Positions 7,903 to 17,027 of a DNA stretch of 30,295 bases are shown one piece after another. Made by a program: the position numbers and the translations under genes. This DNA is from Methanosarcinales archaeon (lineage in GTDB: Archaea > Halobacteriota > Methanosarcinia > Methanosarcinales > Methanogasteraceae). The DNA lies in the NCBI GenBank assembly GCA_030672345.1, contig DAOVGO010000037.1:1-30295 (forward strand), given 5' to 3'. The notes beneath the pieces are model-generated. The model was not told where the DNA came from. It worked only from the letters and a program-made list of their open reading frames with translations, and searched no databases. The number at the start of each line of letters is the position of its first letter. The stretch's first letter is position 1.

Positions 7903-8021
7903 TCGATCTCGAGGATCCGGAGCTTCGTGGGAAACTGATGCGGTGGGCGTGGCTAATCTCGCTTGCTATGCTCGTGCTCGGATATGCCATCATCTTCTTC
8001 AATATCACCGAGCGGTTTTAG
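7899..8021 (+). CDS. 40-aa single-pass membrane protein coupled to atpD
   Basis: ATGA overlap with the atpD stop. Reads MIDLEDPELRGKLMRWAWLISLAMLVLGYAIIFFNITERF*. Confidence 0.6.
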   Translation: MIDLEDPELRGKLMRWAWLISLAMLVLGYAIIFFNITERF

Positions 8022-8159
8022 GGAGCTTGCAAGTAATAATATGCCGGGAGCGTCGTCACCGATCTTGACGAGAGTGGAGAGCGGATTTAGAACCCGCTGA
8101 AGATTAAAGCAGAGATAGAAACGTACTTACTCGAGTATTGTAGGGATATCCGCATATAA

Positions 8160-8221
8160 AACCACGAGATTACACAAGATTGACACATAAATCTCGTGGA
8201 AATCCGTGTAATCTTGTGGTT
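8160..8221. repeat. REP-like inverted repeat between convergent transcription units (possible terminator)
   Basis: AACCACGAGATTACACAAGATT (8160-8181) versus AATCCGTGTAATCTTGTGGTT (8201-8221). Confidence 0.7.
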
Positions 8222-8330
8222 CCCGCCACAAGTTACCCAAGGAGTATCATGACGCATGACTGTTTTTGCAGTAAAAAAAGAATCAGCAGAGAATCAATCC
8301 CTGCTGAAAGGTCGCATCTTCACTTATTGC

Positions 8331-10520
8331 TCATTCACTGACAAAATCGCTCGGCTTTGGCATTCCCGGCTTCAAGCCCTTTCTGGTCCTGATCTGCTGC
8401 ACGATATCAGGAAGCAGGTTCTTTGGAACCGGTTCAAAACCGGCGAACTCCGTACTCCAGAGCGCTCTTCCTTCGGTTGCAGACCGAAGATCACCTGCAA
8501 ACCCGAATAACTCGGCGACCGGTGCTTTTGATTCGATGTCTGTGACGTTGCCTTCCTGAGTCATGTTCAGTATCGCGCCTCTCCTGCCTTGGATCTCTGA
8601 AATCGCGCCGCCCATCTGATCCTGCGGTATCTGGATAAAGACCTTCTGGTACGGTTCGAGCAGTGTCACATCCGACATCAGGATTCCTGCCTGGACCGCC
8701 TGCCGCACAGCCGGTATCACCTGCGCGGGACCGCGGTGTACAGCATCCTCGTGCAGCTTGACATCAACCAGCCTCAGCTTGATGCCCTGACTCGGCTCTC
8801 GTGACATCGGACCTGCGGTTGTTGCCTCCTCAAATCCCTCGATGATCAGTTCCATCGTCTCGCGCAGGTACTGGACACCTTTGGTCATGTCGATCAGCAT
8901 ATTCGTATCTGATATCGCAACGATGCTCTTTGCCTCGTCCTTGTCCATGCCAGCCTCGATCAGTTTATCACGCCGCTCGACCTTGTCCATGCGCATAGCA
9001 ATCTCGCCTGATTTGATCATACCGACGATCTCAGGTTCCAGCGGCGAAATCTTGATGTAGAACCGGTTGTGCCTGTTCGGCGACTTTCCTTCGACCGGTC
9101 CTGCTCTGCCGGTCACGGTCTCGCGGTACACGACAATCGGCTCGGATGTGGTGATCTCGACACCTTTGTCCCTCTCGATCCGGTGGGCTATGATCTCAAG
9201 GTGCAGTTCACCCATTCCCGAAAGCAGGTGTTCACCGGTCTCCTCGTCGATCTTGACCTTCAGCGTCGGATCCTCCTTTGAGACCTGCCTTAAGACCTCG
9301 ATCAGCTTCGGGAGATCTCGCATGTGTTTTGCTTCGACTGCTACCGTGACTACGGGTTCGCTTGCATGCAGGATCACCTCAAAGGGAGTCATTTCCCGAA
9401 GAGAGGTGGCTGTGCTTCCCACGATCGCATTCTTAAGCCCGGTTACCGCCGCAATATTTCCTGACGGGATCTTCTCGACCTCGAGCCGCTCAGGACCCAT
9501 GAATACCCCCACCTGCTGGATCCGGTCGGGGCTTGACACGCCCGATATATGCAACTCCTGACCGCGGCGGAGCGTTCCGCTGAATAGCCTGCCTGTTGCG
9601 ATCTCGCCGGCGTGTGGGTCTCTTGTGATCTTGGTGACCATGAGCGCAACATCGCCATCCGAATCGCACCCTGTCATCTGTTTCCCGATCTCGGAGTCTG
9701 CATCTCCGTGCCAGATCACAGGAACCCTGCGTTTCTGGGATACAAGCGGGTCTGGCAGGTGCCTGATCACCATGTCGTTTAACACCTCGTGAAGCGGGCA
9801 TTTCTGGGCAAGCTCCTTCATATTACCTGTTGTACAGTAGTCATATACTTCTTTAAAGCTTATCCCGCTCTTTTTCATGTAAGAAACGCTGATAGCCCAG
9901 TTATACAGTGCAGATCCGAATGCAACATTTCCTTTTGCTGCATCGAGTCGCCATTCCTTGTATTTTTCCTCACTCATCCCTTTGATCAATTTATTTACAT
10001 TATCGATAACTTTCCCAAGTTTGATCTGCATATTCTGGGCATCGACCTGCAGTTCATTGATTAACCGATCGACCTTGTTGATGAAGAGCACAGGGGTGAC
10101 GTTCTCTTTCAGCGCCTGCCGGAGCACGGTCTCTGTCTGCGGCATCGCGCCCTCGACAGCATCGACGACAACGATCGCACCATCGACAGCCCGCATCGCC
10201 CGTGTCACATCGCCTCCGAAATCGACGTGCCCGGGAGTGTCTATGAGGTTGATTAAGTATTCATCGCCCTCGAACTCGTGCACCATGGAGACGTTTGCGG
10301 CATCGATCGTGATGCCCCGTGCCTGTTCCTCCTCATCGAAGTCCATAAAGAGCTGCCTGCCTGCCAGTTCCTTCGAGATCATGCCAGCGCCTGCAAGCAG
10401 GTTGTCTGTGAGCGTGGTCTTGCCATGATCGATGTGCGCAACGATACCGATGTTCCTGATATTCTCAGGGCGGCTCATCAGGTCACGAACCCGTTCAACC
10501 ATTTTTTTCTTCGTACCCAT
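8331..10520 (-). CDS. fusA: Archaeal translation elongation factor 2
   Basis: Motifs [22 protein letters not shown] and NKVD; diphthamide loop [12 protein letters not shown]. Confidence 0.98.
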   Translation of the reverse strand: MGTKKKMVERVRDLMSRPENIRNIGIVAHIDHGKTTLTDNLLAGAGMISKELAGRQLFMDFDEEEQARGITIDAANVSMVHEFEGDEYLINLIDTPGHVDFGGDVTRAMRAVDGAIVVVDAVEGAMPQTETVLRQALKENVTPVLFINKVDRLINELQVDAQNMQIKLGKVIDNVNKLIKGMSEEKYKEWRLDAAKGNVAFGSALYNWAISVSYMKKSGISFKEVYDYCTTGNMKELAQKCPLHEVLNDMVIRHLPDPLVSQKRRVPVIWHGDADSEIGKQMTGCDSDGDVALMVTKITRDPHAGEIATGRLFSGTLRRGQELHISGVSSPDRIQQVGVFMGPERLEVEKIPSGNIAAVTGLKNAIVGSTATSLREMTPFEVILHASEPVVTVAVEAKHMRDLPKLIEVLRQVSKEDPTLKVKIDEETGEHLLSGMGELHLEIIAHRIERDKGVEITTSEPIVVYRETVTGRAGPVEGKSPNRHNRFYIKISPLEPEIVGMIKSGEIAMRMDKVERRDKLIEAGMDKDEAKSIVAISDTNMLIDMTKGVQYLRETMELIIEGFEEATTAGPMSREPSQGIKLRLVDVKLHEDAVHRGPAQVIPAVRQAVQAGILMSDVTLLEPYQKVFIQIPQDQMGGAISEIQGRRGAILNMTQEGNVTDIESKAPVAELFGFAGDLRSATEGRALWSTEFAGFEPVPKNLLPDIVQQIRTRKGLKPGMPKPSDFVSE

Positions 10521-10577
10521 ATATCTTACCTCTAATTAAAATTGTTAGATTATCATTACCTTAGGATTTCAGTAATA

Positions 10578-10976
10578 TTAAGCATTGTTGTGGCAGACCC
10601 CAAGCATCCTCATCGCGAGGTGTGCGGCGTTCTCGCCGTTATCGATCCCGACACATGCTACCGGCACACCCGGCGGCATCTGCGCAATCGAGAGCAGCGC
10701 ATCGAGCCCTCCGAGTTTCTTGCTCACAGGCACCCCGATCACCGGTTTATCGGTCTTTGAGGCGATAACACCGGGGAGGGCTGCCGATAACCCGGCAATC
10801 GCAATAAATACAAGCGCATCACTCTTTTTGACATAATCATTCAGTTTTTCAGGATCGCGATGCGCAGATATAGCCTGAAGATCGTATTTCTCGCCAGATT
10901 CGTCCAGAACTCCTGTTACCTGATTGGCAATCGGCATATCAGACTCAGATCCAAGAATTATCGCAATTCGTGACAT
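10578..10976 (-). CDS. purE: N5-carboxyaminoimidazole ribonucleotide mutase (short archaeal PurE)
   Basis: Motifs [27 protein letters not shown] and MPPGVPVA. Confidence 0.95.
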   Translation of the reverse strand: MSRIAIILGSESDMPIANQVTGVLDESGEKYDLQAISAHRDPEKLNDYVKKSDALVFIAIAGLSAALPGVIASKTDKPVIGVPVSKKLGGLDALLSIAQMPPGVPVACVGIDNGENAAHLAMRMLGVCHNNA

Positions 10977-11261
10977 TTAAGGTAAGTTTCCTTCACCGCT
11001 CAGCTCATGCTGGCGTTCGATGTTCATTCTGATCAGGATCTCGAATATCTGTTTGATTGACCCGGTATCAAGATTCAGTTCGGTTGCAAGATCGATGGCT
11101 CGATTGAGAACGACATGGTTCTGCTCCTTATCATCAATACCCTTCCCTTCTGCCTTCTTCAACTCGAGAACGGTGCCTGCAAGGTCGGTGCGTTCCGCGA
11201 TCAATTTTAGGATACCCTCATCGAGTTCTTCGATCTTTTTTCTGGCATCTGATAGTTCCAT
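10977..11261 (-). CDS. Chorismate mutase (AroQ type II)
   Basis: Reads LSDARKKIEELDEGILKLIAERTDLA...K...DKEQ; 94 aa. Confidence 0.88.
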   Translation of the reverse strand: MELSDARKKIEELDEGILKLIAERTDLAGTVLELKKAEGKGIDDKEQNHVVLNRAIDLATELNLDTGSIKQIFEILIRMNIERQHELSGEGNLP

Positions 11262-11548
11262 GTGGTTACCTCGGGTTGTGTTTATGCTTGTGTGATCCCT
11301 CTCTTGTTAGATGCTTTTTTTCATTCGTACCTGCAACTCTATAACTCTTTTGTCTGGTTCTATCGTGCAACCACTTTCGGGTTTTTTTGGTTCTCTCAAC
11401 TGGAATGACGATTTGACATTATTTTATCGAGATAGGTAATAAACCGATAGCTTTATGTGGTCTATCAGTGTTTAATAACCAGCAATGCTGACCGAGGTGT
11501 GGTCGGCGTTGCCACGCCACTTGAAAAACAAAACGAGAAGGTGGTGAA

Positions 11549-11965
11549 ATGAAAAAGAAAATAGAAACGAAAACGATCGAAAAGGATGAACACGCCGTCT
11601 CTCCGGTCATCGGAACCATCCTGATGGTCGCAATCACCATAATACTGGCATCGATCGTCGGTTCAATGGCATTCGGGATGAGCGGCAACCTGCCCCAGAT
11701 GCAGATTGTGGTGGTGACCGCTGAACGGCTGAACTCGACAGCGATTGATTTCACTTATGCGGGCGGAATAGGTGCCGATTTTGTGCAGTATCTGAACGCA
11801 ACCGTGGATGGAATCAATGTGACTACCACGCCGGTCTCGTAGCCCGCTGTCGGTTCGACATGGACATATAATCTTGACACAGGACTTTCCGACCGGAAAC
11901 ATGTGATCGTTGTCGCCACGTTCGACGATGGTAGCGCACAGGTCGTTCTTGATACGTTCGTATGA
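11549..11965 (+). CDS. Archaeal type IV pilin (DUF1628) with an in-frame TAG at 11840-11842
   Basis: Class III signal EHA|VSPVIGTILMVAIT. The frame continues past the TAG for 40 codons, ending KHVIVVATFDDGSAQVVLDTFV*TGA, which resembles methanogen pilin C-termini. Confidence 0.85.
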
Positions 11966-12044
11966 ACGACCGCGCTTTGATTTTTTTAAGAGACCGTTTT
12001 ACCCAAATACTCTGCAACGGTTGGCGCGATTTTTCGTTTAGTGC

Positions 12045-12820
12045 TCAACTTTCCTTAAAGGACATCGCATCCGCAATCTCTATCACCTTATTTATCGTTG
12101 CATCGTCCATCTCATCTATATCGATCTTGATCAGCATATTCACCCATTCCTCGTGCTTTAATAGCCACTCATAATCCTCCCTCATCCTGAAATTCTTTAA
12201 AACGCTGTACGCAAGATTGACTTCCGGCGTCCTCTCCATATCCCTATATGCATTCCGGATGAATCTCTCTGCTTCTCGCTTATCCTCTGGAATTGAAGCC
12301 ATATCGATGGTTAACAGATCGTAAAACGTTTTATCACCCATATATTCTCTCCAATCCTCATGCATATCCCTAATCCGAGCATACTTCGCCACATCGTCAT
12401 AATATCTGAGTAGCACCAGATATCACCGATCGTTTCCACTCCATGACGTTTTTCTGCTTCTGATCTCCTCCAGGTAGCCTCCGGGCAGAATTTCACCCAT
12501 CATGTCAAGCATAAAATCGTATTCAAACCTCAGTTGTGGATTGTTCAGTATTCTGCAGACCTCTTCTGACAGTCTCTTATCCACGCCCTTCTTTTCACAG
12601 TTTTCTTCTTCTCCTCCCTTCAATTTCGCTCTGTCCACGCCGAGAAGCTCGTAGAATGTGGGTGCGCCATGAGTGAGGAGATTACGCCGTGATTCTCCAT
12701 GATATACTCCCATGTAGCACGTTCTTTCTCTTCTTTTAGCCATTCATCGTGCTCCTCTATCAGTTCCCGCTTATCCTTTGCAGTGTATCCCTGCATGATC
12801 TTCAGGAAGAGGCGTAAAAT
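12045..12820 (-). pseudogene. Disrupted protein with repeated J-domain-like (HPD-less) units
   Basis: Contains TFYELLGVDR...ILNNPQLRFEYD and TFYDLL...IRNAYR...NLAYSVLKNFRMREDYE. There is an in-frame TGA at 12425-12423 and a frameshift near 12670-12690. The 5' end abuts the IS4 terminal repeat. Confidence 0.6.
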
Positions 12821-12821
12821 C

Positions 12822-13104
12822 TAATGCCACTACCTTAAGCGGATGCCCCACCTCTAAATAATTCGTTACGAGCTTCTTCTCTGGTTTGAGTTGAGTAACG
12901 GACAAAGGTTTACGTCGGCGTTTGACGACACGCTGAACACTTGCGCCCAGGTCTATTCCTCACACGATAGCGAACAATAGCTTTCAGAAGATGTTCATAC
13001 AAACGGGACAGGTGCTTTTCGTCAGCGAGCAGAAGTACGTCCTTAAATGCGTTTAACTGCTGTAATGTACCTTTGAAACTCAGGTGTCCGCGGTGAAACA
13101 TCAT
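12822..13104 (-). mobile_element. IS4-family remnant: transposase C-terminus and right terminal inverted repeat
   Basis: LSFKGTLQQLNAF...LYEHLLKAI..RVRNRPGR, continuing after a frameshift as SVQRVVKRRRKP. The terminal repeat TAATGCCACTACCTTAAG at 12822-12839 resembles the IS4 end. Confidence 0.8.
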
Positions 13105-13200
13105 ACCGATGCGCCGCCTGTGCCATACCCGTTCGGATCCACATAAACTCCCCCCAGTTTCCATATCGTCCGATATCGCTCCTTCTGATCGAACTCGAAA

Positions 13201-13400
13201 CTACACGCCACCAATCATCAATCCGATCAACTCAGCCCCGACCTTGAGCCCGTACGACCCATCCGCCACTGATCTCTCATCAAAGCGCAAAACCGAGTCA
13301 GCCCCGTGCCCATAGATCGCAAACGGCACTGGACCTGCCGTATGCGTCCTGATCGGTATCGGCGTCGGATGATCGGGCAGAACCATGATCACGCAGTCGG
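13201..13400 (-). pseudogene. Diverged duplicate of the apgM 3' end
   Basis: Reads DCVIMVLPDHPTPIPIRTHTAGPVPFAIYGHGAD...GSYG, visibly aligning with 14439-14632. Confidence 0.9.
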
Positions 13401-13518
13401 GACAATCATGTTCATACGAATCCGGACACAAAGAATAAATGGATAAAGAGATCAGAGTAGACGAGGATGTGATGATACGAGCATCTTTGAGATAGCAGAA
13501 CCAAAAGAGGTTACGAAG

Positions 13519-14025
13519 ATGGAAAACATCCGGAAAACAAAAGATTGGATTGAGATGGCGTTAGAAGATCTGGATTGCGCCATTGCAGGTAGTGCTGAAG
13601 AAAGATACCCTGCAAGTGTCTTTCATGCACAACAATGCACAGAGAAACTGTTGAAAGCGGTTTTATATTTTTTTGGTATAATCCACGAAAAAACACATTT
13701 TCCATCCGATGTGCTGGCTGAAGACATCTTAAACAATCCGGAGATGACACTTGAACTGCAACTCGATAAAGAACAGATCGAACTCATACTGAAGATGATT
13801 AATAACGCTTCTTCTCTTGAGAAACAGCGGAGCATGCCGAGATACGGGTGGGAGACGAGAGATAGAATCATAAAGCCATCGGAGATATACGATGAATCGA
13901 AAGCAAAAGAGATCATGGATCGAGCAATCGAGACGTTGGATGCCGTTTACGCCTTTTTTATATCTTTAAATATGGTTGAATTGGAGGGCGTGTTAGAGGA
14001 GATGGAAAGATGTTTGAAGAGATGA
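13519..14025 (+). CDS. HEPN-domain protein
   Basis: Motifs WIEMALEDLDCA, FHAQQCTEKLLKAVL, KTH and RSMPRY. Confidence 0.9.
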   Translation: MENIRKTKDWIEMALEDLDCAIAGSAEERYPASVFHAQQCTEKLLKAVLYFFGIIHEKTHFPSDVLAEDILNNPEMTLELQLDKEQIELILKMINNASSLEKQRSMPRYGWETRDRIIKPSEIYDESKAKEIMDRAIETLDAVYAFFISLNMVELEGVLEEMERCLKR

Positions 14026-14429
14026 TTAATGATTATGTAGGGAGAATAAAGGGATTGGATGTACGCGGTATCTTGCTATTCGGATCGGTTGCCAGAAACG
14101 ATGCAAAGAAGCAGAGCGATGTGGACATACTCGTGATAGCATCGGGACTACCTGATATAAAGGAAAGATATGACTTTATACGGGTTGAAAAACCCTCCAG
14201 AATCGAGGATATCTGGATGACACCGGAGGAATTGGTTGAGATGGTCGATGCCAAGACCGGGTTTGTGGTGGATGCGCTGCTTGAGGGGAAGATATTACTG
14301 GACGATGGGACGATCAACGATGCGCGAAGTCGGTTGGTGGACTCTTTGAAGCGGTTAAATGCAAAGAAGTTGAAACACGGCTGGTTTATACCGAGGGATA
14401 ATCTGAGAACGGTAATGTCTTTTGATTGA
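14010..14429 (+). CDS. Minimal nucleotidyltransferase (MNT)
   Basis: Motif ILLFGSVARND...SDVDILVI; overlaps the HEPN gene end. Confidence 0.92.
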   Translation: MFEEMINDYVGRIKGLDVRGILLFGSVARNDAKKQSDVDILVIASGLPDIKERYDFIRVEKPSRIEDIWMTPEELVEMVDAKTGFVVDALLEGKILLDDGTINDARSRLVDSLKRLNAKKLKHGWFIPRDNLRTVMSFD

Positions 14430-14438
14430 ATTTTTCAA

Positions 14439-15650
14439 TCACCGAATCATCAACTTAATCAGATCGCTCCCGATCCGCACCCCGTACGACCCCTCTGCCG
14501 CTGACCGCTCATCGAAGCAGATAACATCATCAGCCCCGTGCCCACATATCGCAAACGGTACAGGATCCGCGGTATGCGTCCGAAGTGGTATCGGTGTCGG
14601 GTGATCTGGCAAAACCATGATCACGCAGTCGGAACACCGGTCAAGAACCCTTCCTACGACCTTTTCATCAAAGCTCTCAATCGCCGCAACCTTCGCATCG
14701 ATATCGCCTGCGTGCCCTGCCTCATCAGGCGCCTCGACATGAACATACACGAAATCATGATCCTCCAGAGCCCGCGCTGCATAATCCGCTTTCCCGGTAT
14801 AATTCGTGTCAAGGTAGCCTGTTGCGCCCGGAACCTCGATCACATCCATCCCCGCGTAGATGGCAAGCCCTTTCAAGAGATCGACTGCCGAGATCATCGA
14901 GCCCGTAATACCGAACATCTCCTCAAACAACGGTATCTCCGGCGCTTTTCCCTGCCCCCAGAGCCAGATGTGGGTTGCAGGATTTTTCCCGGCGCGGACC
15001 CGCTCCTTGTTGACCCTGTGACCCGCGAGCACATCTGCCGACCTGATGATCAGGTCGCTGAGCACCTCGCTATCCTCGCCCTCTGGCATCTGCGACTCCA
15101 TCGCCTCACCGATCACATCATGCGGCGGAATGCACACGGCAGTTGCGCCGATCCCGGCAGTCACCATGAGGTGGCGGTAGCTGACTCCCGCATGGAAGCG
15201 GATGCGACCTGACGAGAGCGTTTCATCGATCGAAGAGATCAGAACGGACGCTTCCTCGCTCGAGATGTGTCCTGCGCTGTAATCGGCGATCACACCATCC
15301 TTTACGGTGATCAGGTTGCATCTGAACGCAACCTCACTTTCTGAGAGTGTGACTCCCATGCTCGCAGCCTCAAGCGGTCCCCTGCCTGTGTAATACTTCT
15401 CGGGAGCGTATCCGAGAATCGACATATTGGCAATGTCGCTTCCCGCGGGCATCCCGGGTGGAACCGTTCGTGCAAGACCGCATCTGCCGTGCCTTGCAAT
15501 GTAATCCATATTCGGTGTGTTTGCATACGAAAGAGTCGTTTTTCCACCGAGTTCGGAAAGCGGCACTCCTGCCATCCCGTCCCCAAGGAGAATTATGTAT
15601 TTCATGCTGATTGTATCGTTCATCACGTTCATACGGTTCAGGTCATCCAC
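14439..15650 (-). CDS. apgM: 2,3-bisphosphoglycerate-independent phosphoglycerate mutase
   Basis: Motifs IILLGDGM, PAGSDIAN, GRGPLEAA, HVEAPDEAGH and PDHPTP. The start may instead be 15605 (MKYIILL). Confidence 0.95.
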   Translation of the reverse strand: MDDLNRMNVMNDTISMKYIILLGDGMAGVPLSELGGKTTLSYANTPNMDYIARHGRCGLARTVPPGMPAGSDIANMSILGYAPEKYYTGRGPLEAASMGVTLSESEVAFRCNLITVKDGVIADYSAGHISSEEASVLISSIDETLSSGRIRFHAGVSYRHLMVTAGIGATAVCIPPHDVIGEAMESQMPEGEDSEVLSDLIIRSADVLAGHRVNKERVRAGKNPATHIWLWGQGKAPEIPLFEEMFGITGSMISAVDLLKGLAIYAGMDVIEVPGATGYLDTNYTGKADYAARALEDHDFVYVHVEAPDEAGHAGDIDAKVAAIESFDEKVVGRVLDRCSDCVIMVLPDHPTPIPLRTHTADPVPFAICGHGADDVICFDERSAAEGSYGVRIGSDLIKLMIR

Positions 15651-15657
15651 GCCGCTT

Positions 15658-16824
15658 TTAGTCCATCTCGCGGATCATCTTTGCCAGCCGGTCGCAGCTG
15701 ACCCCGTGCTTTGCCTCGCTGCATACCTTGATCTTCTCAAGGAGGGCGCAGAGGTGCTCCTGATCGAGATCATAACCGAGCCTTTCTGTCACGAACTTGA
15801 GCGCCTTCTTCCCTGTATGCTTGCCAAGGATGTAGTTCCTGCCCCCGCCAACGATCTCCGGCGAAAACACCTCATAAGTACTGGTATTCTCAAGCATCGC
15901 AGCGATATGGATGCCGGATTCGTGGCAGAATGCGTTCTCGCCGACGATGGGTTTGGTTCTCGCAACTCTGACTCCAGAGTACTTCTCCACCATCTTCGAG
16001 ATCGACAGGAGATGCGAGAGATCGTATTTGTCGATGCCGTACTGGACCAAAAGCCCGACAAGCAACTCCTCAAGCGGCGTGTTCCCGACCCTCTCGCCGA
16101 TGCCGTTTACTGTGGCGTGTAGTTGCGTTGCCCCGGTCTCCGCAGCCACGATGGTGTTTGCCGTCGCCATGCCGAGGTCGTTGTGGCAGTGGATGCAGAG
16201 CGGGGTCTTTGTTGCCTTTTTGATCTCTTTTATCATGAAATACGTGGTACTCGGATCAAGGATCCCCACCGTGTCTGCGATGCTCAAATAATCCGCTCTG
16301 TGCGCCTCGGCGATCTGGTAGACACGTTTTAGCACGTCTATGTCGGTGCGGGTTGCATCCTCGGCAGCGAACCTGACCGTGAGCCCGTGATCCTTTGCAT
16401 AGTCGAGTACGTCGATTGCGCAGTCGGTAGCTTCACTGATCGTCATGTGGTGCTTGTAGCGCAGATGGATGTCAGAGGTTGCGATGAAGATGCTCACGAT
16501 ATCGACGTTCGCATCCAGCGCAGCATCGACGTCCGATCTCTTTGCGCGGGCAAGGCAGCAGATCCTTGCATTGAGCCCGAGTTTTGTTATTTTGCGTATC
16601 GTTTCGAGTTCTTCTCTTGAAACAACAGGGAACCCCGCCTCGATGATCTCAACACCGATATCGTCCAGTTTATATGCAATATCGATCTTCTCCTGCTCGG
16701 TAAAAGCAATCCCCGCTGCCTGCTCGCCGTCCCGCAGTGTCACATCGCAGATCTCGATGTCCTTTGGCTTCAGCTTGATGAAGTCCATCAACGTGTTTCT
16801 TGAGTATTCTGGGTGATCTTCCAT
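15658..16824 (-). CDS. aksA: Homocitrate synthase / trans-homoaconitate synthase (LeuA-like DRE-TIM family)
   Basis: Motifs DVTLRDGEQ, HCHNDLGMATAN, GIGERVGN, HESGIH and LGKHTG; lacks the LeuA regulatory domain. Confidence 0.8.
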   Translation of the reverse strand: MEDHPEYSRNTLMDFIKLKPKDIEICDVTLRDGEQAAGIAFTEQEKIDIAYKLDDIGVEIIEAGFPVVSREELETIRKITKLGLNARICCLARAKRSDVDAALDANVDIVSIFIATSDIHLRYKHHMTISEATDCAIDVLDYAKDHGLTVRFAAEDATRTDIDVLKRVYQIAEAHRADYLSIADTVGILDPSTTYFMIKEIKKATKTPLCIHCHNDLGMATANTIVAAETGATQLHATVNGIGERVGNTPLEELLVGLLVQYGIDKYDLSHLLSISKMVEKYSGVRVARTKPIVGENAFCHESGIHIAAMLENTSTYEVFSPEIVGGGRNYILGKHTGKKALKFVTERLGYDLDQEHLCALLEKIKVCSEAKHGVSCDRLAKMIREMD

Positions 16825-16904
16825 GTTAGGGATGAGGGTCGGGTTTTAGAAAAAGCTTTGCGTTCACCGATCTTGATCACGACTTCCCGGTGCCGGATGG
16901 ATCA

Positions 16905-16923
16905 GCGACCGATAGTATTAAAT
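16905..16923 (+). promoter_or_regulatory. BRE/TATA-like promoter of tRNA-Gly
   Basis: ACCGATAGTATTAAAT lies about 30 nt upstream of the tRNA. A similar ACCGATAGCTTTAT occurs upstream of the pilin (~11444-11457). Confidence 0.5.
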
Positions 16924-16949
16924 CCGTGCGCGATCAACATATCGCAGGA

Positions 16950-17021
16950 GCGCTGATGGTCTAATGGCTATGACTGGGGCCTTCCAAGCCCCAGGTCCGG
17001 GTTCGATTCCCGGTCGGCGCA
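16950..17021 (+). tRNA. tRNA-Gly (anticodon TCC)
   Basis: Acceptor stem GCGCTGA/TCGGCGC, anticodon loop CTTCCAA, T-loop GTTCGATTC. No encoded CCA. Confidence 0.95.
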
Positions 17022-17027
17022 CTGCCT

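Noticed and set aside
8025-8159. Frame YAGSVVTDLDESGERI-TAG-NPLKIKAEIETYLLEYCRDIRI as another amber-containing gene
   Set aside because: No start codon and no recognisable family; too short to support.
12423-12425. In-frame TGA as selenocysteine
   Set aside because: The gene also has a frameshift and an IS truncation, the context is not Cys-like, and Sec is not known in Methanosarcinales.
13105-13198. Fragment IWKLGEVYVDPNGYGTGGASV resembling GNAT motif A
   Set aside because: About 30 codons with no start; the similarity is too weak to call.
16950-17021. tRNA-Gly as an integration site
   Set aside because: No duplicated tRNA 3' end or integrase seen; both neighbours are housekeeping genes.
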